Source: Okeania sp.
Lineage (GTDB): Bacteria > Cyanobacteriota > Cyanobacteriia > Cyanobacteriales > Microcoleaceae
DNA: 14,270 nt
Reading direction: 5' to 3'
Assembly: GCF_035285525.1 (NCBI RefSeq)
Contig: NZ_JAYKGW010000236.1
Location: 1-14,270 of the forward strand
Shown: positions 8,547-14,270 of the stretch, piece after piece
How the letters are laid out: the number at the start of each line of letters is the position of its first letter
How positions within the stretch are numbered: the first letter of the stretch is position 1
Notes under the pieces: model-generated
What the model was told of the DNA's origin: nothing
The model's input: only the letters and a program-made list of their open reading frames with translations
Database searches by the model: none
Position numbers and translations under genes: made by a program

Positions 8547-8595
8547 AATATCAAGTTTATATTAATTGTAGCTATTTTCATAGCCTGGAATTTAA

Positions 8596-8653
8596 GACAT
8601 AGGGCAGAAGACATAGGACAGAAGACATAGGACAGAAGACAGAAGGCGGAAGG
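8596..8653. repeat. STRR-like tandem array, 14-nt unit gacatagg(g/a)cagaa x3 plus a degenerate tail
   Basis: Units at 8596-8609, 8610-8623 and 8624-8637, then gacagaaggcggaagg. Confidence 0.9.
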
Positions 8654-8677
8654 AAAAGGTTTTTGTTGGTATCGGGA

Positions 8678-8705
8678 GTAGGGATGTTCCATGAAACGTC
8701 CCTAC
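8678..8705. repeat. Hairpin repeat GTAGGGATGTT-CCATG-AAACGTCCCTAC
   Basis: ~11-bp stem (one G-T pair) with a short loop. A degenerate second copy (agggatgttccatgtaaccgcctctctac) lies at ~14049-14077. Confidence 0.7.
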
Positions 8706-8760
8706 AGAATCAATATAAGGATGGAAGTTATGGAGGTGGTAGTTATTTATAATAGTAGTA

Positions 8761-8936
8761 TTTTTTCTACCAAAAAATCAGGTCTAAAGTCTCCTCTTTT
8801 AAGTCGAGAGATGGATGGGTTCCCTAAGCATATCTAATCGACCAAGAGAAACATTTAACTTCAGTATTTTAAGTCTCTGAGTTGAGTCGGAGGTTCACTC
8901 TTTACTGATAACTGATAACTGATAACCGAAATAACC
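8761..8936. repeat. Family-B MITE-like element, copy B2 (176 bp) with a 47-bp nested insert
   Basis: Same module order as B1. The insert 8804-8850 (tcgagagatggatgggttccctaagcatatctaatcgaccaagagaa) matches the right part of the B1 insert. It ends with ctgataa x3 (8905-8925) and gaaataacc. Confidence 0.8.
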
Positions 8937-9249
8937 TCCTGTTACACCAAAATATTAACTTGAGGAACCTGAGTTATCTAACAACCTATGCTTTTTCGGA
9001 ACCTAAAAATGCTAAATTTTTTATATGTTATGAAGTAAACATTCAGCTATTAGCATTCAGCATTAAGCTTTTGTAAAGAATTAAGCAATTCTAAGATTAG
9101 CTGATGAGCAATTTTATTTCCTAGCTGATAGCTGATAACTCACGTCTAAATGCTTAATTAGGCTAATTTTTTCTTGGCTGTAATAATAAGTTAATAACTC
9201 AAAGCTGATAGCTGATAAATGACGGCTAAATGCTTATATTATTAATGCT

Positions 9250-9267
9250 TTGCTGATTAATCAGCAA
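9250..9267 (-). terminator. 18-bp perfect palindrome ttgctgatt|aatcagcaa just 3' of the RTX1 stop
   Basis: Read directly from the sequence. It is part of a family-A repeat terminus (aatcagcaagtcctaatta). No U-run follows, so terminator function is speculative. Confidence 0.3.
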
Positions 9268-9270
9268 GTC

Positions 9271-10473
9271 CTAATTATCAATGAAAATATCAAATGCTTC
9301 TAGTTCAGGACTTCCTTTTAAACGTGCAAATAAACCACCACTACCAAATCCATTATTGCTGCCATTTTCGTTGTAATATAAATCGCCATTGCTTCGATCG
9401 TAAACAATAAAAGCATCACTATTTTCTGCTGCCTCATTATTGTTAACAATCTCAAATTCTTGTTCTTCTAGTAGACTTCCGATGAAAGTTTCTAGTCTGC
9501 TAAAAGTTGTTCGAGATAAAACAATAGTATCTTCACCTAACACAAAATCTACGATTGTATCTACACCTATATCCTGTTTCCGAAAATTACGACCTGTGTC
9601 ATAAACAAAAACATCTTTACCTTTACCACCAGTTAAAATATCATTTCCCGCTTCACCATAGAGGTCATCATTACCACTTCCTCCATTAAGTTTGTCTTTA
9701 CCATTTCCTCCAATTAAAATATCATCTCCTCCGCTACCTACAAGGTTATCATTTCCCTTTCCACCATTGAGGTCGTCATTACCACTTCCTCCATTAAGTT
9801 TGTCTTTGCCACTTCCTCCGATCAAAATATCATTTCCTCCTCTACCTATGAGGTTATCATTTCCTCCTTTGCCATCTAATTTTTCGTCTTTATTAGTACC
9901 TCTAAGAGTGTCTTTTTTTCCAGTTCCTATTCCTGTATCACTTTCTATTTTGGCGTATAAACCTGCTGTGGTTATACTATTTTCTAAGGCTGAAAGTTCT
10001 TCTGTAAATGTTAGACCATTATCTTGACTAAAGCCGAGTAATCTAATAGTATAATCGTTGTCTTTATACTGAAAACTACCGCTACTAATTTCATTCACAG
10101 GAATAACAAAATCAGCATCTTCTTCTGGGTCGTCACTACCAGGTGTTGATATTAGATTAAAGTCAAATTCAAAATTACCAGTAATTCTAGTTGGATCATA
10201 TAATTCTAGTTCTATATTTAGGGGTACTGATTCAACGTTTGTGCCTATATTAACTGAACCATTAAAATAGGTTAAGTTTCCTATTTTGAAGTTTTGATTC
10301 ACTTCAGTTGAGAAGGGATTAATGATAAAGTTCAGTTCGTTTCTGAATGTTTGTGGGTCTTCTCCCCATTTGAATGAGTGGGTATCAACACCTGCAAATA
10401 CGGGGAAATCATTTTCTATCCCTGGAGTAGGTTCTCCCCATTTACCATTAAAAAAGCCTGCAAATTCTACCAT
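9271..10473 (-). CDS. Leaderless RTX-type calcium-binding protein (copy 1, intact) with an unknown N-terminal domain
   Basis: 400 aa. Residues ~200-290 hold about ten GGxGxDxLx nonapeptides (GKGGNDNLIGRGGNDILIGGSGKDKLNGGSGNDDL...). The C-terminal module (DTIVDF..GEDTIVLS...FIVYDRSNGDLYYNENGSNNGFGSGGLFARL) is common in cyanobacterial hemolysin-type Ca-binding proteins. The N-terminal ~185 aa have no signal peptide and no motif I can name with certainty. Confidence 0.85.
   Translation of the reverse strand: MVEFAGFFNGKWGEPTPGIENDFPVFAGVDTHSFKWGEDPQTFRNELNFIINPFSTEVNQNFKIGNLTYFNGSVNIGTNVESVPLNIELELYDPTRITGNFEFDFNLISTPGSDDPEEDADFVIPVNEISSGSFQYKDNDYTIRLLGFSQDNGLTFTEELSALENSITTAGLYAKIESDTGIGTGKKDTLRGTNKDEKLDGKGGNDNLIGRGGNDILIGGSGKDKLNGGSGNDDLNGGKGNDNLVGSGGDDILIGGNGKDKLNGGSGNDDLYGEAGNDILTGGKGKDVFVYDTGRNFRKQDIGVDTIVDFVLGEDTIVLSRTTFSRLETFIGSLLEEQEFEIVNNNEAAENSDAFIVYDRSNGDLYYNENGSNNGFGSGGLFARLKGSPELEAFDIFIDN
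9661..9876. repeat. In-frame 108-bp tandem duplication inside RTX1 (9661-9768 and 9769-9876)
   Basis: The two 108-bp copies differ at roughly 15 positions by eye. Each encodes four nonapeptides (36 aa). The paralogue at 12675-13763 has only one copy. Confidence 0.9.
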
Positions 10474-10642
10474 GATTAAGTTAGGTTATTTGATGCAATT
10501 GAGTAACTATAATTGATAGTTTACATCATACAAGTATTATCGATCCGTAGTTAGGGATGTTTGATATTTTCTTTATCTTGGGGAATACTATTTTAATAAT
10601 TAATTATTAATTATTATTTCTGCCTAAAAGATGGAGAATTAA

Positions 10643-10739
10643 ACTATATTTTCTGGTTAAAAACAGAATTTAATTTGTAGGAGTTGTGGGTGGATACCGA
10701 GATTTTGATTCACTTTTTGAAGATGTAGATAAGGGTTAA
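10643..10739 (+). pseudogene. ParE/RelE-family toxin 3' remnant with an in-frame TAA
   Basis: It translates LYFLVKNRI*FVGVVGGYRDFDSLFEDVDKG*. This aligns with the C-terminus of the parE at 12279-12584 (IFYFQGKNRIEVVRVVSGYRDLDKLFEDMDKS*). TAA at 10671-10673 sits where the other copy has GAA. No recognisable N-terminal half lies upstream. Confidence 0.55.
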
Positions 10740-10875
10740 TTTACTATTTAAACATTTTATGAAGCTCCCAAATAGGGGAGTTGTGTGATGAAAATTTCCT
10801 ACTGTTTCACAATAGCTAATTCATTTTGTGAAGTTCCCGACTACTCCCATTACGCTCTAAGATTACCGAAAGATT

Positions 10876-10908
10876 GTAGGTTGGGTTGAGGTACGAAACC
10901 CAACCTAC
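10876..10908. repeat. Perfect 12-bp-stem hairpin gtaggttgggtt-N9-aacccaacctac
   Basis: Read directly from the sequence. A related GGGTTT/AAACCC hairpin lies at ~7490-7516 (gctggggtttgg agac caaacccagc). Confidence 0.85.
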
Positions 10909-11033
10909 CTTATAGGAAATCTTCCACTATTTTAATAATGGATACTTACCTCTCCCTAAAATTTAGTCCAGTAGTGGACTGTTTCATCTAAAACTGTGCA
11001 TTAGCTTTGAACTTGAAAATTCTTAATGCATCA

Positions 11034-11070
11034 CTTTTGAATTTTAACTTTTGAATTCAATTTTAGAATT
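11034..11070. repeat. TTTTGAA-type degenerate heptamer array, inverted partner of 11687-11757
   Basis: cttttgaattttaacttttgaattcaattttagaatt. It overlaps the last 9 codons and the stop of the 212-aa ORF. Confidence 0.7.
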
Positions 11071-11682
11071 GCTATATTCTTGAAATGGCTGCAAAATAAT
11101 TCCTAAAATTTTATCAATTTCTTTAACATAATATTCCCCTACATCTATACGCACAATTTTTTCTTCAAGTGTTAAAAATTTCCAATTTGTTCCAGTTGTA
11201 ACTGCACCATAAATAACCTTAACTGAATTACCACAACGCTGATTAAATAATTGCCCTCCCACCATACTAGCAACACATTGTCCTAAACCACGAATAATAT
11301 TTTCATTTTTAGCTTCAACAATAGTAATAACTGGAGCAGTAATAAAATATTGTGCAGAGGAAAAACTGAGCAAAAAATCACAATATCCTTGTAATCCTAA
11401 TTCTGCTTCTACATTAAACTCTGTTCCCGAAAAAAGACTAATTTGATAATTTAATTGTCGTCTAACTTCAGCTAAAATTTGCGAAATTAATAGTTCTGAA
11501 CGAGCTTTTCCTGTATTAATAGCAGTTGCTAAGGGAATATATTCTCCTAAAATAGTTGTGAGAATTTCCGAAGGTTTAATTGGTTGAATTTTAGGAAATA
11601 AATCTTGATTTTCTTCTAAAGTTAATTCAAAATTTATTTTGGCATTTTCTAGTGTAAATTTACTGTAAGAAAGATTGCTCAT
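11044..11682 (-). CDS. Orphan PD-(D/E)xK nuclease-fold protein (HsdR N-terminal-domain-like)
   Basis: 212 aa. The motif order is E63 (KARSELLI), D102 (GYCDFLL), E123-A-K125 (ITIVEAKNE), Q135 and TTGTNWKF, matching the restriction-endonuclease-like core. No methylase, specificity, helicase or ATPase partner is present in the window. Confidence 0.6.
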   Translation of the reverse strand: MSNLSYSKFTLENAKINFELTLEENQDLFPKIQPIKPSEILTTILGEYIPLATAINTGKARSELLISQILAEVRRQLNYQISLFSGTEFNVEAELGLQGYCDFLLSFSSAQYFITAPVITIVEAKNENIIRGLGQCVASMVGGQLFNQRCGNSVKVIYGAVTTGTNWKFLTLEEKIVRIDVGEYYVKEIDKILGIILQPFQEYSNSKIEFKS

Positions 11683-11686
11683 GGAA

Positions 11687-11757
11687 ATTCAAAATTCAAA
11701 ATTCAAAATTCAAAAGTAAGAATTGAAAAGTCAAAATTGCAAAGGGAATTCAAAATT
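11687..11757. repeat. STRR-like heptamer array attcaaa x4 plus a degenerate tail, starting 5 nt upstream of the 212-aa ORF start
   Basis: There are four perfect copies at 11687-11714. These are followed by agtaagaattgaaaagtcaaaattgcaaagggaattcaaaatt. Confidence 0.85.
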
Positions 11758-11996
11758 ATAACAGTTTTTATTATAGGGGAAATTCATTAGAATATTTAGC
11801 TAATGAGTAAAACATGGAAATTCAAAAGTATAGGGATTTTGATGATAAGGAAAATTCATTTGAGTAGCCATCTTTAGAGGCTAAATGCCATTTGCTCCTG
11901 GGATAATATGACCGTTACGTGTGTAAGTCCTGTAAATATTATTATTGTATAGTTTATAATTACTATCAAAAGAATGTTTACCTAATCAGTAAAACT

Positions 11997-12278
11997 ATGG
12001 ATATTGTCTTAACTCCAGATATAGAAAAACTTGTTGAAGAGCAAATTGAAACTGGAAACTATCAGGATGCTCTGGCAGTTATTCGGGAAGGGTGACAATT
12101 ATTGGTAGAAAGAGAGAGGATTTATAAAGGAAAATTCTACCAACTTAAAAAAGAAGTGGAAATTGGCATTGAAGAATTAAAGCGAGGTGAAATATTGGAT
12201 GGTGAAGCAGTATTTTATGAATTAGAAAAAGATATTAGGCAAATAGAAATTGCAATGGAACACAGAGGTAAAAATTAA
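11997..12278 (+). pseudogene. parD: ParD/CopG-type antitoxin interrupted by one in-frame TGA (codon 33)
   Basis: Hand translation gives MDIVLTPDIEKLVEEQIETGNYQDALAVIREG*QLLVERERIYKGKFYQLKKEVEIGIEELKRGEILDGEAVFYELEKDIRQIEIAMEHRGKN*. This fits the ParD pattern (..SLTPELE.FV...V..G.Y.SASEVIREALRLL.E). TGA lies at 12093-12095. The stop abuts the next ATG (TAAATG). Confidence 0.7.
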
Positions 12279-12584
12279 ATGGGTAGATATATTATTGCTT
12301 CTCCAGCACGATTAGATTTAAAAGAAATTAATACTTATCTATCTCAAAAAAATCCACAAGCAGCAAAAAAACTACAAGCAAAAATTAGAGAAAAGTGCAG
12401 ATAATTAGCAGATTTTTCAGGAATGGGGTGTAACCGTGAAAAGTTAGCTTTAGGATTAAGAAGTTTTCCTGTGGATGATTATCTTATCTTTTATTTTCAG
12501 GGTAAAAACAGAATTGAAGTTGTACGAGTCGTGAGTGGATATCGAGATTTAGATAAACTTTTTGAGGATATGGATAAGAGTTAA
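12279..12584 (+). pseudogene. parE: ParE/RelE-family toxin interrupted by one in-frame TAA (codon 42)
   Basis: Hand translation gives MGRYIIASPARLDLKEINTYLSQKNPQAAKKLQAKIREKCR*LADFSGMGCNREKLALGLRSFPVDDYLIFYFQGKNRIEVVRVVSGYRDLDKLFEDMDKS*. It shows the typical ParE features (A..DL..I..Y, L..FP.MG, LRSFPV..YLIFY, IEVVRV..G.RDL). TAA lies at 12402-12404. Confidence 0.75.
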
Positions 12585-12602
12585 TTTAGTATTAATTGAA
12601 TA

Positions 12603-12636
12603 GGGCAACCATTAGTAGATTGCCCCTAATTTTTTA
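12603..12636 (+). terminator. Putative intrinsic terminator after parE
   Basis: gggcaa (12603-12608) pairs with ttgccc (12620-12625) around an 11-nt loop. It is followed by ctaa and tttttt (12630-12635). Confidence 0.45.
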
Positions 12637-12674
12637 TTCTTTAATTATATAAGCGTTTCCTACGGAATGCTTAC

Positions 12675-13763
12675 TTAATTATCAATGAAGAAATCACTCG
12701 CTTGTAGTTCAGGAGTTGTTTCTAAACGGGCGAATAAACCACCACTACCAAATCCATTATTACTGCCATTTTGGTTATAGTATAAATTGCCATTATTTTG
12801 ATTGTAAACAATAAAAGCATTACTATTACTTGCGGCACTGTTAGTATTAACAACTTCAAATTATTGCAGTATATTTCCTGGTACAGTTTCTATTTCATTG
12901 AAGGTAGTTCGAGATAGAATAATAGTATCTTCATCTAACACAAAATCGACTATTTTATCTACTCCTACATCCCGTTTCCGAAAATTACGACCTGTGTCAT
13001 AAATAAAGTTATCTGCTCCACCACCACCAATTAAGGTATCATTTCCGGGTCCACCATAGAGGTCGTCATTTCCACCTCCTCCATTAAGTCTATCTTTACC
13101 ATTTCCTCCAATCAAAATATCATCTCCTCCCTTACCTATGAGGCTATCATTTCCTCCTTTACCATCTAATCTTTCGTCTTTATTAGTACCTCTAAGGGTT
13201 TCTTTTTTTCCAGTTCCTATTCCTTTATCAATTTCTATTCTGGCATACAAACCTGCTGTTGTTCTGGCGTTTTCAAATACTTTAAATTCTTCTGTAAATG
13301 TTTTACCTTTGTCTTGACTAAATCCTAGTAATCTAATTGTGTAATCTTTTCCTTTAGAGCTGAAACTACCATTACTAACCTTACTTAAAGGAAAGACAAA
13401 ATCAGCAGCTTCTTCTGGATCGTCACTAGAAGGTGTTGTAACAATATCAAAGTCAAAGTCAAAAGATTCAGTACGTCTAGTAGGATTATATAGTTCTAGT
13501 TCTATTTCCAGAGGTACTGATTCAACATTTGAACCAGTTGAACCATTAAAATAGATTAAATCTCCTACTTTAAACTTTTTATTTAGTTGAGTAGAGAAAG
13601 GATTAATTACAAAGCTCAGTTCATTTGGGTATGTTCTAGAGTTTCCTATTTCCCCCCACTTGAATGAGTGGGTTTCAACACCTTCAAATACAGCAGAAGA
13701 GATACTTTCCCCTCGAATAGGTTCTCCCCATTTACCATTAAAAAAACCTTTAAATTCTACCAT
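12675..13763 (-). pseudogene. RTX-type calcium-binding protein paralogue (copy 2) with a single in-frame TAA at codon 301
   Basis: The track ORF 12861-13763 (300 aa) ends at TAA 12861-12863. The same frame then continues open for 61 more codons (FEVVNTNSAASNSNAFIVYNQNNGNLYYNQNGSNNGFGSGGLFARLETTPELQASDFFIDN*) to TAA 12675-12677, colinear with the C-terminus of copy 1. Copy 1 has CAA GAA TTT GAG where copy 2 has CAA TAA TTT GAA. Confidence 0.85.
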
Positions 13764-14270
13764 GATAGTTATTTGATCAAATCTAGGAAGTATTGATTGA
13801 GATTTTAATTCATCAAAACATTATTCATAATATCTGCACATTTTTTTTATATTGGCTTTTTCTATCCCTCCTACCCTCCTTTCAAACCTATGGTTTATAA
13901 ACATCTTTCTCTTTTCATAAAACTTCTAGTGATAACTGATAACTGAAATGGTGAAGGGAGATTTCGGGGAATTTTCAATCTACTTTGAGCGATCGCTTAA
14001 AACAATAACTAAATATTAGGCAAAAGTGCTGGAAAGCTTATAAATATAGGGATGTTCCATGTAACCGCCTCTCTACTGATAACTATATAAGCGATCGCTT
14101 ATTAGCACAAGTTGAATTAAAAATCATGCGTATAGACGAACAACCCCAGTCGAATTTCATTATATCAAATTTTCGGTCCCAACGCAAGGGCATCTTTTTT
14201 AGGGGCGCGATTTTTTCTTGGGGGTAGCTCTCACAAAATGAACATCTTGGTACTTTGCTACTGATATGAG

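Noticed and set aside
6984-8600. CIRCE/HrcA operator upstream of dnaK or grpE
   Set aside because: TTAGCACTC-N9-GAGTGCTAA was sought by eye on both strands in all chaperone-proximal spacers and not found.
9692-10516. Plus-strand ORFs 9692-10027 and 10322-10516
   Set aside because: They lie antisense to RTX copy 1. The SLPLPPL periodicity simply mirrors the GGxGxD repeats on the other strand.
10555-10610. Possible additional parE-like fragment (FDIFFILGNTILIIN)
   Set aside because: It is a weak hydrophobic-pattern resemblance to DYLIFY...IEVVRV only and cannot be supported without an alignment statistic.
11811-11870. Possible third parE C-terminal fragment (..KYRDFDDKENSFE*) upstream of parD
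   Set aside because: Only the YRDFD pentapeptide matches the GYRD(F/L)D motif. This is too short to separate from chance in AT-rich sequence.
10671-12863. Programmed stop-codon readthrough or recoding as the explanation for the in-frame stops
   Set aside because: TAA, TAG and TGA all terminate the well-conserved housekeeping genes in this window at the expected positions. No SECIS-like or readthrough context was recognised, so pseudogenisation or sequence error is more parsimonious. It remains only a low-probability alternative in the finding.
9271-13763. Diversity-generating retroelement (template/variable repeat) explanation for the two RTX paralogues
   Set aside because: No reverse transcriptase is present. 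Differences between the paralogues are spread over the whole gene and are not confined to adenine positions of a short C-terminal segment.
14084-14270. Relatively G+C-richer patch at the right edge, either a gene 3' end or a small RNA
   Set aside because: On the minus strand one frame is open for ~61 codons from the edge (…CSFCESYPQEKIAPLKK…) and another for 23 codons, but neither looks protein-like. No match to tmRNA, RNase P, SRP or 6S starts that I remember. There is not enough sequence to call it.

Overview
This is a visibly AT-rich cyanobacterial chromosome segment. It carries six HIP1 octamers (GCGATCGC at 1093, 1840, 1871, 7801, 13989, 14091) and many STRR-like 7-14 nt tandem arrays, which together suggest a heterocystous Nostocales-type genome (taxon is inference). 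All large genes lie on the minus strand. Left two thirds (1-8.4 kb): tRNA-Cys(GCA), then the housekeeping cluster grpE > dnaK > dnaJ > TusA-like > rsgA. Its intergenic spacers (730, 1012 and 456 bp) are filled with at least four families of short modular, MITE-like repeats, some nested and some in tandem. Right third (9.2-13.8 kb) looks like an accessory islet. Two diverged paralogues of a leaderless RTX (GGxGxD nonapeptide) calcium-binding protein carry an uncharacterised ~185-aa N-terminal domain. They bracket an orphan 212-aa PD-(D/E)xK (HsdR-N-like) gene, a parD/parE toxin-antitoxin pair found by hand translation, and a parE 3' remnant. Four of these reading frames are interrupted only by single in-frame stop codons with no frameshift; two are demonstrably GAA>TAA relative to a paralogue. 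No CRISPR array, rRNA, transposase, integrase or CIRCE element was seen. No database or HMM search could be run, so family names rest on motifs read by eye.
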